DNA from: Negaprion brevirostris | Lineage: Eukaryota | DNA: 64,000 bases | Direction of reading: 5' to 3' | NCBI GenBank assembly: GCA_030324005.1 | Contig: JARDVH010000025.1 | Coordinates: 120,095,670 to 120,159,669, forward strand | Part shown: in pieces, positions 1 through 12,495 of the stretch | Layout of the letters: each line of letters starts with the position of its first letter | Position numbering within the stretch: position 1 is the stretch's first letter | Position numbers and translations under genes: made by a program | The notes under the pieces: generated by a model | Seen by the model: the letters and a program-made list of their open reading frames with translations, nothing else | The model's database searches: none | What the model was told of the DNA's origin: nothing

Positions 1-598
1 ATCCCAACTAGAATATACCCGATTTCATGTATCTAGAGCAACTGTTTCATCCATGTTATTTCTAATGCTTCAAACATTCTTGTACAAAAACTTTAGCCAA
101 CACGTTAAATCTCCTTCTCCATTCCTTTGTTTTTACTGTGCCATTATCTATTTCTGTTCCTTGAATCCTCTACGTATCAGTTTTCTCATTCTTCTTCCTT
201 TCTTTTTTATCCTTTTAAATGATTTATTACATGTATCTTCCAGTCTGGCATTCTGTAGTCATTTCCACATACTGACTTTTGCTCAGGTTGTTTTCCACGG
301 GCTTCCAATGATCAAACATGACCTCAAACGCCTCTTCAGCATTCGTTTTCATTCATCTCCCCCACTTTTATCCAACTTGAATCCCAGGATGGGAGGGAGG
401 GTGCTGGATCATGTTTTGAATTTCAATAATGCCTGCAGAGATTTATGGGCGAAACACAGAACTTCTGCATTTTCACATTAGCTCATTTTGTAAGTTTGCT
501 GTTACAACCTCCATCATGAGCGTACATTTTGCATATTCTCCTCACAACTCATCATATCACAAATACATGAAACCAGACAGGCAAGCACTCGAGGGCGT

Positions 599-599
<1 letters not shown>

Positions 600-636
<37 letters not shown>

Positions 637-748
637 TCATCATTTGCANNNNNNNNNNNNNNNNNNNNNNNNNNNNNNNNNNNNNNNNNNNNNNNNNNNN
701 NNNNNNNNNNNNNNNNNNNNNNNNNNNNNNNNNNNNNNNNNNNNNNNN

Positions 749-800
<52 letters not shown>
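600..800. repeat. (CA)n microsatellite interrupted by N gap
   Basis: Direct reading. Confidence 0.95.
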
Positions 801-802
<2 letters not shown>

Positions 803-880
803 TCATCATTTGCAGCTACGTCTAATGATACACTGTTGTTACCGATGTATATTTGTTTTGTTTGTTTCATGTATTTCTTT

Positions 881-1296
881 CATAGAAACATAGAGACAAG
901 AAGCAGGATTCGGCCATTCTGATATTCCAGCCTGCTCTGCCATTGATTCTGATCATGGCTGATTATCAAATTCAATATCCTGATCACCCTTCTCCCGATG
1001 TTCATTGATCCTTGTAGCCCCGAGAGCTATATGTATTTTTTTTACGTTAAATCAGACAACATTTTGACCTCAACTACATTCTGTGCAAGTAAATTCCACA
1101 CGTTTAATACCCTCTGGGTAAGTAAAATTCTCCTCACATGAGTTGTAAAAATTTTACCCCATATCATTAAACTATGACACCAAGTTATATACTCCCCCGC
1201 CATCGGCAACTTTCTTTGTGAATCTACCCTGTCTAACTCTGTTAGAATTTCGTAAGTTTCTGTGAGGTCTCCTCTCACTTTTCTAAACTCCAGTGA
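881..1296 (-). mobile_element. CR1-type LINE 3' fragment
   Basis: SLEFRKVRGDLTETYEIL..QRVLNVWNLL RT C-terminus plus (tctatgtt)n-like tail. Confidence 0.85.
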
Positions 1297-1557
1297 CAAA
1301 ACAAAACTCTACTTTGATTCGACATATTGTTCCCTACATTATAGTAGAATAGACTTAGGTTCATCTTTGTACGACGACTGAAAACCATAACCATTGACTA
1401 CACCACAAATCCGATTTCTTCACTAATATGATCTACAACAAATTACCCAGCGATCAGTTACTTATATAGAATGAGGAATCTGAAATTGCATTCTTAACAT
1501 TACAACACCAGGATTAATGTAGATTTTCTTTTTCTCTATTTCTATCTTCCATTCCAG

Positions 1558-1863
1558 CCGAACTTGAAATGCCGATCATCTATTCAACTTCTGAATCTGC
1601 CGTTGTACTCGGAGGAACGACTATATCTGTTTTCTGCGAGAGTTCAGATCATTATCCAGGCAGCACATTTTATTTGTATGAAAACAACTTGACGACTCCT
1701 GTTCAGCTGCAGACAGCTGGAGAAGGGAACTTTTCCGTTTTCTTTGAGGTCGAAATGGTAGAACGGAAGGAGGAAGTATTTTTCAAATGTGATTATAAGA
1801 CAACAGTGCATGGAAGATCTGTGCAATCTCCTACCAGTCGCAGTATCAAAATATTGGTAAAAG
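1558..1863 (+). CDS. Ig-like domain exon (C2/LRC-type) of plus-strand receptor gene; upstream exons outside window
   Basis: Polypyrimidine tract + ttccag acceptor (ends 1557), donor G|GTACGG at 1863/1864; 306 nt, phase 1-1. Encodes xELEMPIIYST..ISVFCESSDHYPGSTFYLYE..FFKCDYKT..SIKILVK with two Cys; aligns without gaps to the minus-strand Ig exons. Confidence 0.9.
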
Positions 1864-3682
1864 GTACGGTCACAAAGTTTACACCCTATTTTTGCACCCT
1901 ATTTATATAAAAAGGAAAATATTTGCAGTTTGTCGATTTTCATATTAATTATGTGTAGGCTGATAAAGTAATACATGTTGTCGAATTTATTCAAACTACA
2001 CTCAATTGGACAGTTCGAAAAAAAATCAGATTGTAACAGAAACAACGATTTATACTGTACAAGAAAGGGCTTCTGATTTGTTTGCAGGTAGACAATGAAT
2101 ATTTGAGCTGATGTGTTAGGAAGATGTTAGGGACTGGATGCGTTAGGGATCAGGTCAGTAATTCCAATGCATTTTATGTAGTCAGCCTAGACTCTAACTT
2201 AACCTGATTTTGGCTGTATGGGAGCATAAAATGTGTCGTTCCTGGTATGATATGATTGACCCACTAGAATGCTTTCATTGAAATAAACTTAATAGAAGAA
2301 CGCAGTGAGAATTTAACAAAAAATAATTAGCGTATGCTCTGCCAATTGAAACACTTAAACATAACAAAATATATATTTTAACAGCTATCCTTCGCTAAGG
2401 TTCCAATGACATATTATTCCCATACACTCAATTCCCATAGCAGAGCTAATTTGGAACAAATATAGATATATTTACTCGGATGCCAGATTTTCAGCCTTTC
2501 TAACCCCCTGAGAAAAGGCACGTAAAGAATACAGCGTTCTGACTCTAAACAAATCGATTTCCCGAGAACGATCTATCCTCAAGCAGCAGAAGTTTCCAGA
2601 AAAAAAAACTGTTTTATGGCAGGCCCCAGTCTCCAGACCTCAGAGTTACACAGAACAAATTAGACGAGTTAAAAATCACTCCCCCCACCCCCCCGAAAAA
2701 AAAGAACAATGGAACTGTTTGGTTTTTTTCTCTCTCTCTCTGTGAGCATAGCCCCACCAGTCAGCTAACCTTACTTCTAAATCAATCTAGTAAGAACCCG
2801 GGGCAAATAAAAATCAGCAATCCTCCAACAGTCCATAATAAAACAAACATTGTAGCAATTAAGTTCGATTACGCAGTTGCAGTGACAACAAAGAGCTGCT
2901 TGATGCAGGCAAAATTTCTTTGAAAATATAAACAGTTGCTGAAACAGGTCATGCAGAATCAAGATAACAGTCATTCATTTCTTATCGGCACAATATCGTC
3001 ATACACTTAGAATCGCTCGTGATCGGATAGCTGACGGCTTTGCTTAATTTCAAACCAGCAATGCTATTGTTGATCGGTCAAAACATTGCCCTGATAGAAA
3101 GCAGCAGGGAATTTCTTTTGCATATTTTGTGTCGAGGAAAAAAGGCAAAATATGTGTAAATCTACTGTTAACTACTTATTTTTGTTCGAAATATATTCAG
3201 GTGAAGGTTTTGTTTTGCTACCCCATGAGAATGCTGATCTTTCAAACACAGTCTTGTTGAAAGTCCGACGATATGAGTCAACAATGTTCGACCTATTTCT
3301 ACGATATTCTCAGAACTTCCTATTTTTACTCTCCAATATTTTGTTTTTTTTACACGGAACATTTCACTCCCAACATTAGTTTAACCCTTAAGGGAATTGT
3401 TTTCTGATATATTATTGGATCATATATTTACAGAAACGTATAGCAGGGAAAGACATGTTAGCATAGTGCGACCAAGTGCCTGTTCCGTTTCAGTCTGACT
3501 CCCGTGTCGTTTAAAAGTATCAATGCAAGTTAATCACTTTTCAACGGTGTACCCAGTTGTGTATTGGAAGCCCAACACCATGTTTGTATGGTAATAGTAA
3601 TGGTAAAGCTAACTTCTTCCAGAATGTTGCGTGGGTGGCCCTGGCAACACCAGTGTTTATGGTTCATTAGGGTAAATGTGAA

Positions 3683-5900
3683 ATAGAAACTGGGCAGGAA
3701 TAGGCCACAAGACCCTTAAATTCTGCGTCGCCATTGAGTAGAATCACGTCTGATCAATTTATTCTTTGTGCCATTTCCCCAGAACCATCTATTTCTCAAT
3801 GTATCAAATTTGCCTCCACCTTCACTTTAAATGTTTACAATGATTCGACCTTCAGTGTCCTTTAGGGCAGCGATTTCTAGAGATTGATTAACTTCTGAAG
3901 AATACATTTCTACACTCCTCAGCTTTAAATGACCGATTCCTGATTTCGTAGTTCTGTCCCATTTTTCGAGACTTTACTAGCATTAAAAACGTCCCACCAT
4001 ATATAGTGTCAAGCCCCGGCAAGACTCTTTATGCTTAAAAAGTTCACCACTCCCTCGTATATACTCCAGGGAATAAAGACCCAGTTTACTTAATTTCTTT
4101 TGATAGTGCGATCCTCTCATCCCCGAAATTAGTTGGCAAACCTCCTTTGGGCAGCTTTAATGTCACCATATTCTTTATTTCATAGTTCATAGAATATATA
4201 GTACAGAAGGAGGCCATACGGCCCATCGAGCCTGCACAGACAACAATCCCACACAGGTCCTATCCCTGTAACCCCATACATTTGTCTTCCTAATTCCCCT
4301 GACACTAAAAAGAAAATTAGCATGGCCAATAAAACTCATCCACGCATCTTTGGACTTTCATAGTTTTATAATTAAGGGGACACAAGCTGTACTGTGTGAC
4401 CCAACAGTGACCCAACCAGCATTCTGTACAATTTCAACAAAACATCTCCCCATTTTTAAATTTCAATCCCTTTGCAATGAATACAATATACAATTTGTTT
4501 TTCTAACTACTTATTGGACCTGTCTGCTAGCATTGTATGATTCATGCAGCAGAATGCCTAGGTCCCTCTGTAATTCCCTCGCCTACTGACATGTTAATCT
4601 GTCTTTTGATTTATCGTGCTAAAATACATGATTTCACAATTCCCCGCATTAAAATCCATCTGTCAGGTTTTCGCCCTGTCGCCCAATCTGTCAAAATCCC
4701 TTGGCAGACTGACAACATCTTCCAGGTAACATAACCTCCTACCTATCTTCATGTCGTCAGCAAATTTGGAAATCTTACAGTCTGTTACTTTCTCCGGGTC
4801 ACTAATAAAACCAGTTAAAATATATAGACCAATAAGTGATCGTTGCGCCATGTCACTAGTCATATCTTTCCACTCTGAAAGCAAACATTTTTTCCAAGCC
4901 GCTGTTTTATGGATGAGAACGATTTTCCAATTCATGCTAGCACACTTCCTCCAATTACGCCGGCTTTTGTTTGATGCACCAGCCTCTTACGCGGTATCTT
5001 GTCAAATGCCTTTTTAGAAATATAAATACACTACATCCGCAGGTTCTTCTTTTTCAGCTCTGTCTGTTCCTTTTCAAAGGATTGGACCAGATTTGTCAAC
5101 CGTGAACTGCCTTTCATAAAATCACGTTGCCTAGATTTCATTTTTATTTAGCTTCCCGAAAGGAATCATTATTTTCGCTTTCACTGTGGACTCAGTATCT
5201 TGCCAAGAATTAATGTTAAACTAATTTGCCTGTAGATTCCTGCCGACTGTCTTCCTCCATTTTTGAGGGAATAAGTCACCTTGGCTGTTTTCCAATTGGC
5301 CGGGAGCCAAATTGTAAACGTTTGGCGAACTGCAAAAAAATGTTCAAGCAATGGGTCCGTTATCTCTGCAGCCACATTCCTTAAAACATTAGGGTGGACT
5401 TCATTCGGTCTTGGCAACTTGTCCACGTTTCGCCCTCGAGTTTCTCTCATACTCTTGTGAAAGCATTTTTTGTGATTTCTAATATATTACTTGAAATCAG
5501 CGCACCTCATAAGATCATGATTTTGCAATGGCTTCCATTGTGATACTGATGTAAAAACATATTTGGCATATACACCATTTCATTGTTTGTTGTTATCAAT
5601 TAGTCTGACATGTTCAGTAGTGGTCCTATATTTACCTTGGCCACATTTTTATATTTATACGTTCATGTAAATGTCTACTGTTTGTATTAATGTTGGCTGC
5701 AAGCATTCTCTCAAAGTTTGTTTTCCTCCTTTTTATGAGCTGTTCTTCTTTTGTTACTGGATATTCAACAGACGCCCAATCCTTTCTGTACAACTATCAT
5801 TCGCCATTTTATAGGTGCCTCTCTTCAGTTTAACATTATCCTTGACTTCCTTTGTTAATGGTGGATTTTGATTTTTCATTGAATCCCTCTTTTTGATTGG
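3683..5900 (-). mobile_element. Degenerate CR1 LINE ORF2/3' end
   Basis: WKTAKVT..K.GGRQ..YRQISLT and ISKFADDMKIG RT motifs; boundaries approximate. Confidence 0.85.
4188..4355 (-). mobile_element. 5'-truncated HE1-like SINE nested in CR1, with 10-bp target-site duplication
   Basis: Same sequence family as 36845-37165; TTTCATAGTT at 4178-4187 and 4356-4365. Confidence 0.75.
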
Positions 5901-6913
5901 GATAAACGACTACTGAGCATATCTGCAACAGTTCTTCTACTCATTTTTTATCTCAGCTTGCTTGTCCAGTTCCCTTTAGTGAAGTTCTGCCTCCATCCAT
6001 TATGATTGCCCTTGTTGAATTTACATTCACGGGTTATGGACATATTGCCTTCAAACTCCAATAAATTCGTTGATCTATCACAATGTGGTCAACACATCCT
6101 GCCATATCCAAACCACACAATCCGTTATACAACGTATTGTTCTTAAAAACAATCGTTGATTCAGTCTACACTTACAAAAATATATATATATTCTAACCTT
6201 ACCTGTTTGGTTTGTCCAATCATTATGCAAACACCTCGTATTACATATTCTCCGCAACCCGAGTGCATTCCTAGTGGGAAGATAAGAGGCAGCTACCTCA
6301 TTGCGGCTCTAGATTTTCAGATGGCAAGGCTCGGTAAGCATGGCAGATTTTCTTCCCGATGGATATTGATAACCCAAACCGATTGGAATGGTGTTCCAAG
6401 TTAGTTATTGGCCAATATCACTGAGTCATTTCCCAGAAAGTTATTCAAACGGCTTTGCACTAATAGTTAAGTGATATCACCACTATCCTTTCTTCATCCC
6501 CAATACAACAGCTAAAATGTGTCCATCCGATCTTCTCTTTACACATTCCATACATATGTCCCTCTTTTAACGCTCTTGAAAATGAATGCAGCTCAACCCG
6601 GTAGGGCACACTGATTATTTTCAACATCCCTATCAAATCTCCCCTTAAATTCATCTTTCACCTCACAATAACTTATATATCACATTTGAAGCCCCTGCTT
6701 CGTTTTTTTTTAACTAAATACTATTCAGAGATGTGAGCTCTTTCTCGTTCCAAGTTTTGCATATCAATTTTGAAAGGGATACACGGCAGCGCTATTTCAC
6801 AAATGTTATTTCATCAATTTGCATATGATTAATTCAAAAAAAGATCTGACTATATTTCAGTAGTTTCTTTTTTGGAGAATATTCTGATAATGTGTGTTGA
6901 TCATATATCACAG

Positions 6914-7006
6914 ACTTTACACAAACAGAAGAAACTGCATTGGACTTTGAAAACTCTTCGTGGGATAATGACACTTGTTCTGTCACACCACCCTGTAATT
7001 ACACAG
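6914..7006 (+). CDS. Stalk exon of plus-strand receptor
   Basis: atcacag acceptor, ACAG|GTAC donor; 93 nt, phase 1-1, open: DFTQTEETALDFENSSWDNDTCSVTPPCNYT with three N-glycosylation sequons; frame-compatible with flanking exons. Confidence 0.7.
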
Positions 7007-8064
7007 GTACAAACGTCCACATGTATTAAAGCAAAGAACTATCATTGAGGCAACCATACATTTATTTCACTTCAATTGATTATGGTTGTGTTACCGTACC
7101 TCAATGGTGCTTCAGTTTGTTTGGACGATTCAGCCAAGTTGTCTGTCCATGGTAGTATTGAGTATTAGAGCAAATTCATTTTTTGGAGGGTTGGGGGTGA
7201 GAGGCGAGTCGGGTGGTCCTGAAGGCATTGCTCGGTATTTGCTGTGTTTACACAACATTTATACTATTTGAGAAGATAAAAAAAAATCGTATGATAGAAC
7301 GTGGGAAAGCTGCCTAATACCTAAATATTGCTATTACAGCAGGCAACACATTCATGGCTGATTCTGTGCCTCAGTATCAAATGTTACACCCTTTTTTTTA
7401 CATCAAGAGTTACCTGGAATATTTGTATCTCTTGATTTTTATCCTCATTGATGGTGCATTTAGAACAGAGTGGGGAAAACAGTTGAAAACGATTTATCAC
7501 TGTCTGAGTGAAAATAACATTTTCTAATGTCAATGTTGTTTACTCCATATCTTAACCTGGCACACATCCCCAGCTTATTTATATCGAACAGAAAATGAGA
7601 ACATCATTCCAGTGTCTAAATTGGCCCAAACCTTCAGAAGCTTACCATTGTGGGGCTCTTGTCGCCCCATTCGATTACAACGTGTTTAGGCCAAATTGAC
7701 GAGACGTCCATTCATAGGGCAACTCTTTCTTTCAAATAATCAACTTTATTGACGTTATAAGGAGCACCTCTGACACAAGCATTCCAGTTCTTAGATGCAG
7801 AGATCAAAATTGTGGACAATGTTCAAATAAATACTGTCAATTTTATTATGACAACTTGATCTTGCATTCCAAACACCTTCAGAACAGGATAAAAACAAGA
7901 TTTTGGATCTATTTGCATGACAAAAATCCAGCAAATATCTATGTCATGCGATGAAAGAAACCACGTCCTTGCATTCTGTGTTTAATTCATTCAATGTACA
8001 AACAAATACTTTATGAGAATACAAGTGCTTAATAACTATTTTTTTCCCCTATGTTTTCCCACAG

Positions 8065-8177
8065 AGGCATGTTACATGGAGCCCCTGATTCGGATGTCGC
8101 TTAGTGGCGTGTTTGTTCTACTTTCTCTGATATTCATTGGTGAATATCTGATCAATGTAGGAAATAAATCAATTTAA
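8065..8177 (+). CDS. Terminal exon: transmembrane helix with Arg plus short cytoplasmic tail
   Basis: Strong acceptor tttttcccctatgttttcccacag; phase 1 gives EACYMEPLIRMSLSGVFVLLSLIFIGEYLINVGNKSI-TAA(8175-8177). Confidence 0.8.
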
Positions 8178-8656
8178 AATACCAGGCGTGAATATTGATT
8201 TATTTAATTTTACATTTTTCTCTTTCTTTTTTGCTGTCTCGTATACCTATATACACGCAACCTTTTGCATGTATATGTTCCGTGAAACAGCTACCTAATT
8301 ACATTATGTATCTTATTTCATATGCATGCTATACATGGTGAAATTTAAGTCACGAAGGGTTATTGACGGATAAAGTTCATTGAGGAATTCAGGATCATTG
8401 CTGCGTCATTCACAGTAGAACATATGTACCGACAGCCCCAACTTTCACTGCATTCCAGCAGAATATAACTACGTGACAACGACAGTTGCTGGGAACAACT
8501 TGTGTTGGATCTCATGCAATTGTCTCGGACTCAAAATAGTAGGAGCTTGTGTGGGGCAAAGGTTTTGATGCAGGGATATTTAAACGCGCAGACAGGTTTA
8601 GTGTTCTCCTAAAATGTATTTTCTGTGCATCGGTAATTGATTAAATGTATTTTGAT

Positions 8657-8662
8657 AATAAA
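8657..8662 (+). promoter_or_regulatory. Candidate polyadenylation signal of plus-strand gene
   Basis: AATAAA about 480 nt after the stop, before the next CR1 insertion; motif only. Confidence 0.3.
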
Positions 8663-8869
8663 AGTCACATTTTACCAACAATATGAACAGAGAAATGAGG
8701 AACATTAATAGGGTGTTCATCCTCTGGACCATTCTCCACCACTAAGTTCAACGTGTCTCATCTGAATTTTGGCTCATCTCCACGTTCTAATATTTCACAT
8801 TCTTTGACATTGAAGATAATAATCACATATCCTTGTACTTTCTGCAGTTGGACGAAACGGATTGAGTCA

Positions 8870-9480
8870 AATCTATCATGGATCTGAATGGTGGCAGCAC
8901 AAATGGAGAAGATTGTGAAGAAAGCCTCTGGTTTGTTCGCCTTTATAGGAAGGGGTATAGAGTATAAGAGCTGAAGTCTAATGTTGCAGTTGATTAGGCC
9001 GCATTTAGAGTACTGCGTCCAATTCTGGTCGCCTTATCACCGGAAGGACGTGGAGACTCTGGAGAAAGTGCAGAGGAGGTTTACCAGGATGTTGCCTGGT
9101 ATGGAGGAAAGATTGAGCAAATTGGAGCTGTTTTCCCTTGAAAGACGGCGACTGAGGGAGGATCTAATAGAGGTATATACGATTATGAAGGGNNNNNNNN
9201 NNNNNNNNNNNNNNNNNNNNNNNNNNNNNNNNNNNNNNNNNNNNNNNNNNNNNNNNNNNNNNNNNNNNNNNNNNNNNNNNNNNNNNNNNNNNAAGATGTG
9301 CTATTAGACAGATTGGAGGTAATAAATTGTCCCTAAATTAGTTTTCCCTCAATGTGGAATGCCACAAACAAAAGATAAGGGTCATGGGTGGAGGGAGGAC
9401 TGGTAACGTTAAAATGGCGGCGCGGGCTCGTTGGGCCGAAGGGCCTGTTTCCCGGGCTGTTTTTGTTCTTTGTTCTTTGA
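8870..9480 (+). mobile_element. CR1 LINE 3' fragment (young)
   Basis: [46 protein letters not shown]; tail (tgttctt)n. Confidence 0.9.
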
Positions 9481-10490
9481 ATAAATTGCGGATGATTACT
9501 CTGTTAGAAATCATTTAACTGCAATTCACAAAACTCCAGAAAGAATGTGTGCCTTTGATAGGTTTATATTGCACCACTTAATTATGGAAATATATTTAAT
9601 TGTGTGAGTTTTCCGTGAAGCACTATGAATGACCTCGCAAAAATTAATGATATGAGCACAAATTAGCTGAAAATCGAAATATAACAATCAAAACACAATT
9701 ACAGATGAAATCAGTGGTAGTCATGTAACAGCATCGGAACACCATGCTCATGAAATAAATATTAAGTTGCATAAACATAGGGATGCGATCTCATATGAAC
9801 ACGTAAAGTACTCGCCTACAAAATGGATTGATTGAAGCAATGACATACATGTGGGGAAGGCGAATGCTTAAAGAGATGTATATATGTAAATGTCAAAGAT
9901 ATATACGTAGTGGACTGTGGATTTAAGTAAAGTTTGAGTTTCTCAGCAAAAAAAAATGTTGATCATGAGAATCATTTTCAACATTCATAAGTTTCCTATC
10001 GAAACAGTCCGTAAGTTCATTGACTAGCGATTATCATCAAGAAACGGGACAGGGTAACTGACATTTGAATAGGCATCATAGAGAAGTGGTATCAAGTTTC
10101 TTTTGAATGCGAACTGTCTGATTTAATATTAAAAATGAACAGCGGCCCTTAAATGTGCATTGGTCAATTAGACGCATCAGGTTCAGATCATTCAATAAAG
10201 AACGTTGCTAGAGAAAACTGCTGCAAGGTATGATGCTGGGAATATCATGCAAGCATACAACGTTGTCGTTGGAACATACTGAGGAATCAGGCCAACTGAA
10301 CATTTGGCAAATCCATTACCATTATGGCCTTTCACTCAGTATCATCCCCAAGAACCATGATTTACAGTGCGAGAAATAAATTGCATATTTTGCCTTGAAT
10401 TCATGCATTATGGAGACTTAAGAAGTGCAATTATGAGAGGCATTAAACACGTTGGGTGTATGAGAGATTGTGAAGATGAAAAAGAGATAA

Positions 10491-10493
<3 letters not shown>

Positions 10494-10523
<30 letters not shown>
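10494..10523. repeat. (GA)n microsatellite
   Basis: Direct reading. Confidence 0.9.
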
Positions 10524-10525
<2 letters not shown>

Positions 10526-10784
10526 AAATCCTAATGAACTACTTCGGATGAAGAATGGTAGCTGGATGCAATAGAAGAGCACAGGAGAGGGATAGAGTGG
10601 CAGTTTGCACGAAACAGAATCATTTTTTTCTTCGTAACAAAGCCCATTCCTAAGTTTTGATTACTTAAGCCGCATAATGCCCCTGCACTGGCTACATTTA
10701 TCCATTAGCTTTACGGTTTTGTGTTTTTTTTTGGGGGGGAGGGTTGTTGGGAGTGGGGGGGGGGGTGGAGGGTGCGGGGGGCAG

Positions 10785-11058
10785 GGGAAGTGTACATGTT
10801 ACAGAGAAGAAGGTGCTGGAAGTCCTAAAGCAAATCAAGGTAGATAAATCCCCAGGATCTGATGAAGTGTATTCCAGGACGTTGTGCGGGCCTAGGGTGG
10901 AAATTATGCGTCCCCTAGCCGAGATATTTGAAACATCTAGAGTCACGAGTGAGTTGACTGAAGATTGGAGAGTGGCAAATGTTCTACGTTTATTAAAAAA
11001 AGGCTGCAAGGTAAAGCCTGGGAACCACAGGCCAGTGAGCCACACATCTGTGGTGGAT
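10785..11058 (+). mobile_element. CR1 ORF2 fragment
   Basis: IKVDKSPGSDEVYSRTL..EDWRVANV..KKG..PGNHRPVS. Confidence 0.9.
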
Positions 11059-11829
11059 NNNNNNNNNNNNNNNNNNNNNNNNNNNNNNNNNNNNNNNNNN
11101 NNNNNNNNNNNNNNNNNNNNNNNNNNNNNNNNNNNNNNNNNNNNNNNNNNNNNNNNNNNNNNNNNNNNNNNNNNNNNNNNNNNNNNNNNNNNNNNNNNNN
11201 NNNNNNNNNNNNNNNNNNNNNNNNNNNNNNNNNNNNNNNNNNNNNNNNNNNNNNNNNNNNNNNNNNNNNNNNNNNNNNNNNNNNNNNNNNNNNNNNNNNN
11301 NNNNNNNNNNNNNNNNNNNNNNNNNNNNNNNNNNNNNNNNNNNNNNNNNNNNNNNNNNNNNNNNNNNNNNNNNNNNNNNNNNNNNNNNNNNNNNNNNNNN
11401 NNNNNNNNNNNNNNNNNNNNNNNNNNNNNNNNNNNNNNNNNNNNNNNNNNNNNNNNNNNNNNNNNNNNNNNNNNNNNNNNNNNNNNNNNNNNNNNNNNNN
11501 NNNNNNNNNNNNNNNNNNNNNNNNNNNNNNNNNNNNNNNNNNNNNNNNNNNNNNNNNNNNNNNNNNNNNNNNNNNNNNNNNNNNNNNNNNNNNNNNNNNN
11601 NNNNNNNNNNNNNNNNNNNNNNNNNNNNNNNNNNNNNNNNNNNNNNNNNNNNNNNNNNNNNNNNNNNNNNNNNNNNNNNNNNNNNNNNNNNNNNNNNNNN
11701 NNNNNNNNNNNNNNNNNNNNNNNNNNNNNNNNNNNNNNNNNNNNNNNNNNNNNNNNNNNNNNNNNNNNNNNNNNNNNNNNNNNNNNNNNNNNNNNAATTT
11801 GGAAGTATGGTATGTTTTTTTCGGGAAGC

Positions 11830-12495
11830 ATACTTTCATATAAGGATGATGTGATGTTCAAGAATGTGCACACTAATGGAAAAAGATTGGGCAGAGTCAA
11901 AATGGATCTTTGTCAGGGAAATCTCTTTCAATGTATTTGTTGACAATTTTGAGAACTCTATTGGGATGAAGCTTGTGTCTGTGGTCGGAGGGGGTCAGGC
12001 TGTTAGTTCTGTATTTGCATTTTTCGAGGGATTTTGATAAGGCCTGCCAAATAAGATGAGAAGGTAAAAATAGACGGGATGTGATTGGTGAAAATGTGTT
12101 AGGATGCATGAAGAATTTGCTGTCAGACGGAGCAGAGGGAAGGAACGAGCACATAGCAGACTCTAACCAAAGTACTATTGCAAGTGCCAGTTACCTGCGC
12201 ATAGATCTTCGCAATCTCCATCAATTATGTGAATATGGCAACCAATTGTAACATATCCTGATAGGCTGAAGATACAAAACAGAGCAGCAACATAAGTTCT
12301 AAGGGGAATCTAAGCAGACTTCAAAAAGATTTGGACTAATTACGTGAACGCCCAAGGATTCGGCAGAGTAAATATCACATGAAGATCTGTAAAGTCATTC
12401 ATTTTGGCCGAGAAATAATGCAAAACTAGCATATTTCTAAAATGGCTGGAATTTCGGAAATTTGCATGTTTAAATGGACCTTGGCAGCCTTGTTT
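11830..12495 (+). mobile_element. Old CR1 RT fragment (5' part; resumes about 15640-15970 after a nested insertion)
   Basis: Decayed YLDFxKAFDKV / FADDTKL / QRDLG-like sequence that continues collinearly after 15640. Confidence 0.65.

Noticed and set aside
3201-3379. Possible extra plus-strand exon after ttcag
   Set aside because: No recognisable domain or convincing donor; not needed to join Ig to stalk in frame
749-9192. Idea that this contig is simply mis-oriented, so that Ig-stalk-TM is the 3' end of the minus-strand gene
   Set aside because: Both flanking gaps show orientation continuity: the same (CA)n-ttcatcatttgca sequence occurs on both sides of 649-748, and a plus-strand CR1 continues across 9193-9292
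10698-11943. Longest ORFs in the track (290-400 aa)
   Set aside because: Mostly translated N gap plus a CR1 fragment
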